Positions 16,229-25,060 of a stretch of 53,409 bases of DNA are shown in pieces; positions within the stretch are counted from its first letter, which is position 1; each line of letters starts with the position of its first letter. Source of the DNA: Acidobacteriota bacterium. Lineage in GTDB: Bacteria; Acidobacteriota; Blastocatellia; Pyrinomonadales; Pyrinomonadaceae. Position numbers and translations under genes: made by a program. The notes under the pieces were generated by a model. It saw only the letters and a list, made by a program, of their open reading frames with translations. It was not told the origin of the DNA and did no database searches. The stretch is from NCBI GenBank assembly GCA_031392105.1, contig JANMUW010000267.1:1-53409 (forward strand), read 5' to 3'.

Positions 16229-16927
16229 ATGTCGGAGAGATCGTTGGAGGTTCGCAGGCTGGGCCGAGTTGCCTATTCGGACGGTCTGGAGTTCCAGAAG
16301 CAGCTTGAGCATGAGGTTATCGAGAACCGCGGGCTCGACTATCTTTTGCTGCTCGAACACCCACATACGTTCACTGTTGGCAGGCGTTCGAAGACCGAAG
16401 GTGTGCTCGCAACGGCGGAAATGCTAAGGAAACTAGGCGTAGAGGTCTTTGAAACGAACCGCGGCGGAAAGGTAACTTATCACGGGTTAGGCCAGGTAGT
16501 AGGCTATCCCATAATTTCACTCTCGCCCGATCGCGAGGATGTTCACAAATACGTCCGCGACATCGAGGAAGTGCTGATCCGCACGATGGCGGATTTCACT
16601 ATCGAGGCATTTCGGATCGACGGCCTTACCGGAGTTCATACGACCGAAGGCAAAGTCGCCGCCATCGGTGTCCACATCAAGCGTTGGGTCACGACTCATG
16701 GGTTTGCATTGAACGTGAATACTGATCTGAGCTATTACAACTGGATCATCGCTTGCGAAGGTGAACCGGTAATATCGATGAATAGTCTCCTCGATCGTGA
16801 AGTTGATATGGGCGAGGTGGAAGATCGGCTGGCAGAAAATTTTAGAGAGGTTTTTGGATACAGATCGGAGCCAACGACACTGGCGGAAGCCCGAGCGGTA
16901 GCGAGGGTGTCTGATGTAAGCGTCTGA
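16229..16927 (+). CDS. lipB: Octanoyltransferase LipB
   Basis: Contains LLLLEHPHTFTVGRR, NRGGKVTYHGLGQVVGYPI, KVAAIGVHIKRWVTTHGFALNV. Confidence 0.9.
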   Translation: MSERSLEVRRLGRVAYSDGLEFQKQLEHEVIENRGLDYLLLLEHPHTFTVGRRSKTEGVLATAEMLRKLGVEVFETNRGGKVTYHGLGQVVGYPIISLSPDREDVHKYVRDIEEVLIRTMADFTIEAFRIDGLTGVHTTEGKVAAIGVHIKRWVTTHGFALNVNTDLSYYNWIIACEGEPVISMNSLLDREVDMGEVEDRLAENFREVFGYRSEPTTLAEARAVARVSDVSV

Positions 16928-16977
16928 AGGACACACTCCCTACCGGTCGTGTTCTGCCTTTTGCAACGAGGTTATCT

Positions 16978-17931
16978 ATGAAAAGAGTTTTCGGCTTTAT
17001 TATTGCATCGATGATTGCGACCGCTTGCGGATCCGCACCGACGAACAACACTACTAAGTCCAACGCATCAAACGCCGTTAACTCGACGACACCGGCGGTG
17101 CAAACGCTCTCAGTCGTCGACACGCCGCAGCGGGTCAAGGACATGATGGCTGCACGTGGCGAGCAGGATGCTGCACAGCCGACGCTGAAGATCGTCGAGC
17201 CCGCGGCCAATTCGACCGTCAGCAGCTCGACTGTGAAGGTGAAGCTCGCGCTAAGTGGCGATTTAAAAGGCTACCAGCCGCACAAAGATCCGACGACGCA
17301 GATGGGTAATCACATCCACGTGATACTCGACAATCAACCGTACGAAGCGTATTACGAGATAGACGGTGCACCGTTCGAGTTGAGAAATGTTTCTGATGGT
17401 GAGCACACTCTCCGCGTTTTTCCATCGCGACCATGGCATGAAAGCTATAAGAACGCCGGTGCTTTCCAGATGGTGAAATTTACCGTTAAGAACGGCGGTG
17501 CGGAGGCAAACAAACCCGCAACGACGAGGAACGGCCAGCAGATGTCGAATGCAAATTCGAATGCAAACGCGGCTCCGCCGGCCGAAGGCAAAGACATGCA
17601 GAACTCGACTTCGGGTGCGGTCGATGCGACAAAGCCGCTACTCACCTACAGCCGTCCCAAAGGTGAGTACAAAGGCGCAGAAAGCGATCCAATCATGATC
17701 GACTTCTGGTTCGAGAACGCAAAGCTTAAGGGTGATGGCGGACAGTACCGAGTGCGTTACTCCATCGATGGCGGCGAGGCAAAGTACATCGACAAGTGGG
17801 CACCCGTTTGGTTATCGGGCTGGACCGCCGGCAAACATACGATCAAGCTCGAGCTCGTCGATGAAGCCGGCAATCTCGTCGACAACGGCGGATACAATTC
17901 GACGACGCGTGATATCACCGTGGTCAAATAG
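16978..17931 (+). CDS. Lipoprotein, hypothetical (two related beta-rich modules)
   Basis: Lipobox-like signal MKRVFGFIIASMIATAC. Two similar modules are present (GNHIHVILDNQPY..GEHTLRVF and YRVRYSIDGGEAKY..GKHTIKLELV). Confidence 0.6.
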   Translation: MKRVFGFIIASMIATACGSAPTNNTTKSNASNAVNSTTPAVQTLSVVDTPQRVKDMMAARGEQDAAQPTLKIVEPAANSTVSSSTVKVKLALSGDLKGYQPHKDPTTQMGNHIHVILDNQPYEAYYEIDGAPFELRNVSDGEHTLRVFPSRPWHESYKNAGAFQMVKFTVKNGGAEANKPATTRNGQQMSNANSNANAAPPAEGKDMQNSTSGAVDATKPLLTYSRPKGEYKGAESDPIMIDFWFENAKLKGDGGQYRVRYSIDGGEAKYIDKWAPVWLSGWTAGKHTIKLELVDEAGNLVDNGGYNSTTRDITVVK

Positions 17932-17938
17932 CTTTTCT

Positions 17939-18014
17939 GTAACTATCCACTCGAAACTATCCACTAGTCACTGAAGCTTCAGTGGGTAGTGAATAGTTTC
18001 AAGTGGATAGTCAC
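17939..18014. repeat. 76-bp loop-less imperfect palindrome (AACTATCCACT words)
   Basis: The 38-nt arms (17939-17976 and 17977-18014) match at 33/38 positions. The centre is CTGAAG/CTTCAG. Confidence 0.8.
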
Positions 18015-18058
18015 TGCGGGCCGACCGAATTTCGTTTATGCTTCCTTAGCTAAATTCT

Positions 18059-18799
18059 ATGAGAAGAGACACAACTTCGTGGTACAGCCACAATCTGAAC
18101 ATGGACATGCCGCTCGTGGCATATGGTCACGCGGGCTATCCGCTTTTGATGTTCCCGACCGCCGCAGCCGACTATCTCGAATACGAGCGCTTCCATCTGG
18201 TCGACGCGATCAAGCCCCTAATCGAGGCGGGAAAGATCCGGGCGTACTCGATCAACTCGGTCAACAAGTACAGCCTGTTGAACCGCGAATCGCATCCCGC
18301 ATGGAAGGTCGAGATGCTCGAGCGCTACGACAAGTACATCATGGAAGAAGTGCTGCCCCTCATCCGGAACGAATGCGGCGACGACGCAAAACCGCTGACC
18401 ACCGGAGCGTCGCTTGGCGCCTTTCTCGCGGCGAACACATACTTCAAACACTCCGATGAGTTTCGTGGGACAATCGCGATGAGCGGCAGCTACGACATCT
18501 ACAACTATCTCGACAAAGGGTTCTACGACGACAACGTCTACTTCAATAATCCCGCGATGTACCTGAAGAATCTGAACGATGATTTTCATCTCCCGCGTCT
18601 TCAAAAAGCGGATTCGATCGTCATCGTTTCAGGCCAGGGTTCATACGAAGCGCCTGATCGCAGCCGCGAGCTTTCGGACATTCTCAATTCAAAAGGCATT
18701 CCGCATCTGCTCGAGCTCTGGGGTCACGACGTCGCGCACGATTGGCCGTGGTGGCGAAAGATGCTTCCCTATTATCTCGGACGCTTTACCGGTCAGTAA
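18059..18799 (+). CDS. Esterase family protein (alpha/beta hydrolase)
   Basis: Contains the GASLGA nucleophile elbow, with the YGHAGYPLLMFPT and WGHDVAHDWPWW segments typical of putative-esterase family proteins. Confidence 0.7.
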   Translation: MRRDTTSWYSHNLNMDMPLVAYGHAGYPLLMFPTAAADYLEYERFHLVDAIKPLIEAGKIRAYSINSVNKYSLLNRESHPAWKVEMLERYDKYIMEEVLPLIRNECGDDAKPLTTGASLGAFLAANTYFKHSDEFRGTIAMSGSYDIYNYLDKGFYDDNVYFNNPAMYLKNLNDDFHLPRLQKADSIVIVSGQGSYEAPDRSRELSDILNSKGIPHLLELWGHDVAHDWPWWRKMLPYYLGRFTGQ

Positions 18800-18801
18800 A
18801 G

Positions 18802-18926
18802 CATTACGAAATTACCAATTACTTAATTACAAAATTAAAAGCATACAAAGACCTTCGAAGCTCTTCAGCCCACGAAGGTCTTTTCTCATTCAATTTTGTA
18901 ATTAAGTAATTAGTAATTTTGTAATG
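18802..18926. repeat. 125-bp nested palindrome (ATTAC words) filling the spacer between convergent genes
   Basis: The outer 35-nt arms (18802-18836 and 18892-18926) match at 33/35 positions. The inner hairpin AAAGACCTTCG/CGAAGGTCTTT (18847-18857 and 18873-18883) ends in a short T run. Confidence 0.85.
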
Positions 18927-18930
18927 GAAA

Positions 18931-21078
18931 TCAGCGAGCGAGCGAGACGCTGATGTGCGACGGATATTTCGCCGAACGGTATATCTTCTGAGTCGCCGGT
19001 TGAAAATCAGCTTCTTCAGCACGAAGAATATTCGGAACGAACTTCTGCGGATTACGATTGTAGAGCGGGAACCAGGTGCTCTGGATCTGGACCATGATCC
19101 GATGTCCTTTCTTGAATGTGTAATCGTTCCCGCGCATGTCGATGGAATATTTCCTCGCAGCGTTTGGCTTCAAAGGTTCGGCTTTCTCAAAGCTCTTCAG
19201 ATATCGCCCGCGAAATATCTCACTCGCCACCATGAGCTCATAGTTCGACATCTTCGGATCCTCAGCACCCGACGGATAGATATCGATCAGCTTCACGACC
19301 CAATCGCTGTCCGTGCCGCTCGTCGAAGCAAAAATATTTGCGATGATGTTACCGGTGATCGTTACCTCGTCGGTAAGCGGATCGGACTTCCAAATCAGAA
19401 CGTCCTTGCGATCGGAGACGAAGCTCTGGTCGTCGACAAGCCAAGCGTACCATGTCGAGCCTTGACCATAGGTGGGTAGTATCGGGCGTTTGCGATAAGG
19501 GACCGGATTCCCCGGATCAGAGACGTAGGAATCGGACGCATCGGATCTATCAGTCGGTTTGTCGAATGAAAGTTTGCCTGACGCGTGAAGGTATAATCCA
19601 GCCTTCCGATTTGTTTTCGGTGTCCATGAGTCGTACCCCATCCACCGGTTCGAGCCGGAACGAAAGATAGACGCCTCCGGAAGCTTCAACGACCCTTTAC
19701 CTTTCAGATGATAAGCAAAAAATGGCGCGAGGATCTCGGATCGAAAATGCCGGCCGGTGTCGCTACCGAAATCGATCGCCGCAAGCTTGCGGCCGCGTCC
19801 GCCCCATCCGCCGTGGTTCCACGGCCCCATCACAAGATTGACCTGATCATCTCTATCAGCTTTCTCGAGCGTCTTGTAAAGAGCGAGTGGGCCGTACAGG
19901 TCCTCCTGATCCCACCAACCGCCAACGATCAACGTAGGGACACTCGTGTCCCTTAGATACAAATTCGTGGCTCGTGCCTGCCAGTACGCGTCCCAGTCGG
20001 GATGCTCGAGAAACGCTTTCCACGAATGCGACTTCGTCGCGAGTTCGGTCGCAAGATCCGACATCTTCTTCGCACCCATGTACCACTTGAAAAGATCAGG
20101 CTCTTCAAACTTGATATCGCCACCTTTCTTCGCCGACTCGAGCGGGACCGCCCACTCGTGTGCGTACGTTTGACGCAAAGCTCCATGATGCGAGAAATCG
20201 TCTCCCATCCAGAGATCGGTGACCGGTGCCTGCGGCGACGACGCCTTTAGCGCCGGATGCGGATCAAGCAATGCTACGGCCGCGAGCCATCCGGGATAAC
20301 TGACTCCGCAGATGCCGACGCGTCCGTTATTCTTCGGAACGTTCTTCAGCAAATATTCGATCGTGTCATACGTGTCCGTGCTTTCGTCGACTGATTTCGG
20401 ATCGCGTTTGTCACGGGGCGGCCGGAGCATCTCGAATACGCCTTCGGAATCTTCACGCCCACGGATGTCCTGAAACACGAAGATGTAACCATCTTTCACG
20501 AGCTCGGCTTTCGCCCCGTTAACGCGGGAGGAGTTCCAGCCTGCGACACCGTACGGTGTTCGTTCCATGTAGATAGGCAAGTTCTCGGTTTGGGATTCCG
20601 GTGTAAGGATGATGGTGAAGAGTTTCACCCCGTCGCGCATCGGGATCATTGCCTCGGTGCGTTTAAACGCAACACGAGTATCCTTCGCCGGCTGGTCCGC
20701 GATTTTCTTCGTATGAAATTCCGCCCCGTTCTGCCGCCATATCATTCCGTTTACGCGTCCCGAAGGATCACGAACGAATTCTGCGGATGCAGGGAATGCT
20801 TTCAAAACAAATTTGTTCTCAGTGCTCGGAAAGATCTCTACCCTGTCCTGATTAGTTCCCTGAAGATAAAACTTTTCACCCTCACGAAAGAACGACAAAA
20901 TGAGCCCACCCAGATTCTCCGCGTCCTCATACTGGCCGACAAATGGATCGAACGCCTCCGGTGCGATCTTGATCTCAAACGGTGTCGGCTGCGCGGTTGG
21001 CTGTTGGGCGTCGACCCGAGAACCGAGAAAGAGAGACAAGAGAACAAGTACGATCGTGATGTAAGTTGGAGGAGTCAT
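18931..21078 (-). CDS. CocE/NonD family hydrolase (S15 X-Pro dipeptidyl-peptidase-like)
   Basis: Contains ERTPYG, FVFQDIRGR and GVSYPGW. ATG 21078 gives the signal peptide MTPPTYITIVLVLLSLFLGSRVDAQ. The 70-aa ORF-track extension is Arg-rich and overlaps the neighbouring terminator. Confidence 0.85.
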   Translation of the reverse strand: MTPPTYITIVLVLLSLFLGSRVDAQQPTAQPTPFEIKIAPEAFDPFVGQYEDAENLGGLILSFFREGEKFYLQGTNQDRVEIFPSTENKFVLKAFPASAEFVRDPSGRVNGMIWRQNGAEFHTKKIADQPAKDTRVAFKRTEAMIPMRDGVKLFTIILTPESQTENLPIYMERTPYGVAGWNSSRVNGAKAELVKDGYIFVFQDIRGREDSEGVFEMLRPPRDKRDPKSVDESTDTYDTIEYLLKNVPKNNGRVGICGVSYPGWLAAVALLDPHPALKASSPQAPVTDLWMGDDFSHHGALRQTYAHEWAVPLESAKKGGDIKFEEPDLFKWYMGAKKMSDLATELATKSHSWKAFLEHPDWDAYWQARATNLYLRDTSVPTLIVGGWWDQEDLYGPLALYKTLEKADRDDQVNLVMGPWNHGGWGGRGRKLAAIDFGSDTGRHFRSEILAPFFAYHLKGKGSLKLPEASIFRSGSNRWMGYDSWTPKTNRKAGLYLHASGKLSFDKPTDRSDASDSYVSDPGNPVPYRKRPILPTYGQGSTWYAWLVDDQSFVSDRKDVLIWKSDPLTDEVTITGNIIANIFASTSGTDSDWVVKLIDIYPSGAEDPKMSNYELMVASEIFRGRYLKSFEKAEPLKPNAARKYSIDMRGNDYTFKKGHRIMVQIQSTWFPLYNRNPQKFVPNILRAEEADFQPATQKIYRSAKYPSHISVSLAR

Positions 21079-21188
21079 ATGAATTTGAGAAAAGTATGCG
21101 CAGATTCTACGCACTTTCTGAACGAAAAGTTTACGCTGCAGAGCGAACCCGGATAGCCGCATCCTTACCGCCTGGAGATCCCTCCGGC

Positions 21189-21215
21189 AAAAAAGGCTCC
21201 CCGAATCGGAGAGCC
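21189..21215 (-). terminator. Rho-independent terminator after the class A PBP gene
   Basis: Stem GGCTCCCCG/CGGAGAGCC (8 of 9 pairs). On the minus strand it is followed by 6 T (A-run 21189-21194). Confidence 0.7.
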
Positions 21216-21241
21216 TCTTTACTATTTGCGAAATACGGCGT

Positions 21242-23809
21242 CTAACCGTCGCCTTTCTTCCCTTTCCGCTTCTTTCCCTCGGGAACATCCGCCGGTGCGG
21301 GATCCGGATTTCGCGGAGGCGGTTGTGCGATCACCGGTTTCGATACTGGAGGATTATCTCCTGACGGATTTGTCTTCGGTGCGTCGGTGTCCCCGGCCGG
21401 AGCGTCCGCACCGCCCGTTGCGCCGGGAACCGCAGTAACGCCGGTAGACGTACCAGCATCGGTCGAGAGCGTCGCTCCTGATTTGATCGCGGCCTGGTCG
21501 GCCTTCTCGAGTTTCTCAAGCTCTTCGCGCTTGTTTCTCTCGATCAAGGTCTTGATCTCGGATGGTATTGGAGGTGCGCTCGGGAAACTCTCCTTCGGTT
21601 TGTCCTTCATGAACGGATTCATGAACGCGTTGAAAAACGGCAAAGCTCCGTGGCCGCCGGTCATGTATCCGCCGAGATTCTCTTTCTTCTCCGGATTCCC
21701 CATCCAGACGCCGGTCGCATATGTCGGTGTATAACCAATGAACCAAACATCCGTGTGATCATTCACCGTACCCGTCTTGCCCGCCAGAGGTTGTCCTCCC
21801 GCCTGGGCACCAGCGGCAGTTCCTCCGCCGGCCGTTACGCCTCGCATCATGTCAACCATCGTCAGGGCGACGTATTCACTTGTAACCTTCGAAGTCGTAT
21901 TCTTCCACTCTTCGAGCAGTGTTCCGTCGCGGCTGTAAACTTTGCGGATCAAATGTGGAGAGACTCGAATACCTTTGTTTGGGAACGACGAATACGCCGA
22001 CGTCATCTCAAGCAGCGACGCTTCGCTCGCTCCAAGCGCCGACGGCAAGCTCGGAGCCATAGGATTAGTAATTCCGAACCGTCTAACCATTTGGCCGCCG
22101 GCCTGAATTCCAACCTGCTCGAGTAAATGTACAGCGGCGAGATTATAAGATTTCGCCAACGCGATCTTCAACGGGACGTTTGGATGGCTCGTGCTTCCGT
22201 CGAAGTTATGCGGCATCCATCCGCCGCGCTTGATCGGCGCACCGCTGACAAGCATGTCAGGTGTCATCCCGTCTTCGACGGCCGCTGTGTAGATAAACGG
22301 CTTGTACGCCGATCCCGTTTGTCTTAGTCCCTGCGTCGCGTTGTTGAATTTGTTAGTGTGAAAGTCGTAACCGCCGACCATGCATACGATCTCGCCGGTG
22401 TGGGCGTTGATCGAGACAAGCGAGGCTTGAATCTCCGGTACCTGCGACAACTCGACCTGCAGTATCTGGTTCTCGTTATCGACTTTCTTGACGAGGAACT
22501 CAGGAAGAAAACCGATCTTCAACTCTTCACGCGGCCCTTTTCCGCTGCGGCCCATATCGGCGCGCGTTACGACAGCTTTGTACTTTCCGAATCGAACGCC
22601 AACTTCGTCCGAACCGGCGTTGGCTTTGACGACGAGGCCCTTGATGTACTCGCCTTCGTCGTATTCGTCGCCATACCAGTCGGCATGTTTGTACGAGGCC
22701 AGTTTGTTTGCGATCTCCTTTTCGTCGGTCAAGGGCTGGTTTTCGGCATCGACGAGAATGTTTTGATAATCAGACCGCCACCGTCGCCCCTTATCAAACG
22801 CGCGGAGGCGTTCGCGGATAACCTTGGTCGCGATCTTCTGTGCTTCGATGTTGATCGTCGTGTACACCTTCAACCCGCCCTGGGCGACGCGAGTCGTGTA
22901 TTCGTTTTCGAGATAACGGCGGATCTCCTCAACCGGATAGTCCCAGGCCGTAGACTTAGGAAGCGATTGATAGTAAGCCGTATCTGCAAGCTTGATCGGA
23001 TTGGCCTTGGCTGCGTCGACGGCTCCCGTCGAATACCGTTCCGGGAAATACTTCTCCATCTGATCTAGAACGATGTCACGACGCATCTTGGCCTTTTCCA
23101 TGTTGCGCGTCGGTGAGTACTCGGGCGATTTCGGGATGGCCGCGAGCAGAGCCGCTTCCTCCAGACTTAAATCCTTTAGCGACTTCCCGAAATACGTTCG
23201 TGCACCGGCTTCGAAACCATAGGCGCCGGCTCCGAGAAACACATAATTCATGTACATCTCGAGGATCTGTCGTTTGGTGTAAAGCCGCTCGATCTGAAGC
23301 GCGACCGCCCACTCGTTTACCTTTCGCGAATACGTCTGGTCCTTGTAGAGGAAAAGATTTTTCGCGAGCTGCTGCGTTATCGTAGAACCACCTTCAAGCC
23401 GGCCGCCTGTCAGATTCTTGACGACCACTCCCGCGATGCGGTACGGGTCGATGCCGATATGATCATAGAATCGATTGTCCTCGATCGCGATCAGGGCGTC
23501 TTCCACGTTCTGAGGAATGTCCTGCTCCTTGATCGGAATGCGCTTCTCGATCGCGAATTCGGCGAGTACCGTCTCACCGTCATCTGCGTAGATCGTTGTG
23601 ACCTGCGGCGGCCGATACGTAGCAAGCGCCGAGACCTCCACCGAGTAACGGGAGTTGTTCAGGTAGTAGGAAAACAGGATCCCACTCAACGCACCCGCCG
23701 CAACGGCGAGCAGCAGAGACATGGCGAGCCACGTGAGTTTAAATGACCATCCTCGATCGGACCCGACCGATCTCACTTCCCGTTCAACAATTCTTCTTTC
23801 TCTCGCCAT
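21242..23809 (-). CDS. mrcA: Class A penicillin-binding protein (PBP1A; glycosyltransferase plus transpeptidase)
   Basis: GT51 motifs ALIAIEDNRFYDHIGID and GGSTITQQLAKN. The transpeptidase part carries SAYKP and KTGT. The C-terminal tail is long and Pro/Ala/Gly-rich. Confidence 0.92.
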   Translation of the reverse strand: MARERRIVEREVRSVGSDRGWSFKLTWLAMSLLLAVAAGALSGILFSYYLNNSRYSVEVSALATYRPPQVTTIYADDGETVLAEFAIEKRIPIKEQDIPQNVEDALIAIEDNRFYDHIGIDPYRIAGVVVKNLTGGRLEGGSTITQQLAKNLFLYKDQTYSRKVNEWAVALQIERLYTKRQILEMYMNYVFLGAGAYGFEAGARTYFGKSLKDLSLEEAALLAAIPKSPEYSPTRNMEKAKMRRDIVLDQMEKYFPERYSTGAVDAAKANPIKLADTAYYQSLPKSTAWDYPVEEIRRYLENEYTTRVAQGGLKVYTTINIEAQKIATKVIRERLRAFDKGRRWRSDYQNILVDAENQPLTDEKEIANKLASYKHADWYGDEYDEGEYIKGLVVKANAGSDEVGVRFGKYKAVVTRADMGRSGKGPREELKIGFLPEFLVKKVDNENQILQVELSQVPEIQASLVSINAHTGEIVCMVGGYDFHTNKFNNATQGLRQTGSAYKPFIYTAAVEDGMTPDMLVSGAPIKRGGWMPHNFDGSTSHPNVPLKIALAKSYNLAAVHLLEQVGIQAGGQMVRRFGITNPMAPSLPSALGASEASLLEMTSAYSSFPNKGIRVSPHLIRKVYSRDGTLLEEWKNTTSKVTSEYVALTMVDMMRGVTAGGGTAAGAQAGGQPLAGKTGTVNDHTDVWFIGYTPTYATGVWMGNPEKKENLGGYMTGGHGALPFFNAFMNPFMKDKPKESFPSAPPIPSEIKTLIERNKREELEKLEKADQAAIKSGATLSTDAGTSTGVTAVPGATGGADAPAGDTDAPKTNPSGDNPPVSKPVIAQPPPRNPDPAPADVPEGKKRKGKKGDG

Positions 23810-23852
23810 AAAACTCTTCGTTCAGATTGCAAGTCTTCCCTCATCCATTTTT

Positions 23853-23903
23853 GCCACAGAGGACACAGAGAGCTTTCCGAACTTGCTCTGTGTGCTCGGT
23901 GGC
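23853..23903. repeat. Imperfect palindrome (CACAGAG words) downstream of rodA
   Basis: GCCACAGAGGACACAGAGAGC (23853-23873) faces GCTCTGTGTGCTCGGTGGC (23885-23903). No U tract follows on the minus strand. Confidence 0.6.
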
Positions 23904-23938
23904 ATATCTTCGGAACAAGCTAAGCATGCGCGGTGACC

Positions 23939-25057
23939 TCAATTCACAAATCGCCGCATCTTCACACTGACAACAAAACCGATCGCAATGAACGTCGAAA
24001 GAATCGCCGACAGCCCGGCGCTCATAAGCGGCAGCGGCACGCCGATCACCGGCAGGAATCCGAGCGCCATTCCGACGTTGATAAAGATCTGAAACACCAT
24101 TGCAGTCGCAATCGACATTATAACAAGCATACCGGGCCGTTCCGAGGCCGAGCGCGCGCCCGCAATAAGCCGAGAGATCAGCAATGCGTACGCAATCAAC
24201 AGCGAAACGCAGCCGATGAACCCTGTGTTCTCAGCAGTGACCGCAAAAATGAAATCTGTATGCGGCTCAGGTAAAAACTTCAGCACGCTCTGAGACGTCT
24301 CCGGGTCGCCTTTTATTCCGGTGAGGCCGCCCTTTCCGACCGTTATGATCGACTGCATCGTGTGATAGCCGTATCCTTTCGGATCTACGCTCTCCGGATC
24401 GAGCACGGCGTTGATGCGTTCCTGCTGATAACGTTTGATCACTCCCGTCTTAACTCCCACGATATAAGTCGTAGGCACAAAGACAGCCGCTACAACGAGC
24501 GCGATGACCACGTAGCGGATCTGGATCGCCGACAAAAACAAGACGGCCGCAAAAATCGGGAAGTATGTGATCGCCTGACCGACATCGGGCTCGAGCATTA
24601 TCAGTCCGATCGGCCCGGCCATGATAACTCCGCCGACGATGACCTCTCGCACAGTAAGCGAGCCTGACTTTCGAGCACCGAAGTATTTCGCGAGCATTAA
24701 AACGGTCGGGATCTTTACGAACTCAGATGGCTGAAACTGTCCGACGACCGGAAGTTTGAGCCATGCTTGCTGGCCGTTGACCTCGACGCCGAGCGGAGTA
24801 AGCACCAGGGCGAGCAGCACCAATCCGAACCCATAGAAGAACGGAGCCAATTCGATGATGCGGCGGTAGTCGCTGAACGCGATGACCAGAAAAGCGACGA
24901 CAGCAATGCAGAGACCGATGATCTGTTTTGTCCAGTAACTCTCGCTTGGCAACGCATTGTGTATCTGCCAGATACCAAAACATGCGATCGCGATGGCCAG
25001 AAAAGTCGTCAGCCAGTCAAAGTCGCGCAGATCCCGGTTTTCTATTATCGCTACCAT
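23939..25057 (-). CDS. rodA: Rod shape-determining protein RodA (SEDS family)
   Basis: 372-aa polytopic protein containing QPSEFVK, PEPHTDFIF and GVPLPLMSAGLS, directly downstream of mrdA. Confidence 0.9.
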   Translation of the reverse strand: MVAIIENRDLRDFDWLTTFLAIAIACFGIWQIHNALPSESYWTKQIIGLCIAVVAFLVIAFSDYRRIIELAPFFYGFGLVLLALVLTPLGVEVNGQQAWLKLPVVGQFQPSEFVKIPTVLMLAKYFGARKSGSLTVREVIVGGVIMAGPIGLIMLEPDVGQAITYFPIFAAVLFLSAIQIRYVVIALVVAAVFVPTTYIVGVKTGVIKRYQQERINAVLDPESVDPKGYGYHTMQSIITVGKGGLTGIKGDPETSQSVLKFLPEPHTDFIFAVTAENTGFIGCVSLLIAYALLISRLIAGARSASERPGMLVIMSIATAMVFQIFINVGMALGFLPVIGVPLPLMSAGLSAILSTFIAIGFVVSVKMRRFVN

Positions 25058-25060
25058 GTA

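Noticed and set aside
16181-16366. 62-aa N-terminal extension of the 15644-16366 ORF
   Set aside because: The extension overlaps the lipB start. The internal ATG 16180 has a GGAGG SD and yields a canonical signal peptide.
21079-21288. 70-aa N-terminal extension of the CocE/NonD ORF
   Set aside because: The extension is Arg/Lys-rich and overlaps the PBP1A 3-prime end and its terminator. ATG 21078 gives a canonical signal peptide.
22358-23068. 236-aa plus-strand ORF inside the class A PBP gene, plus similar long antisense ORFs at 25241-25837, 30193-30933, 31051-31638, 32258-32932 and 47670-48413
   Set aside because: Each is antisense to a gene with unambiguous family signatures. This is typical of open antisense frames in moderately GC-rich DNA.
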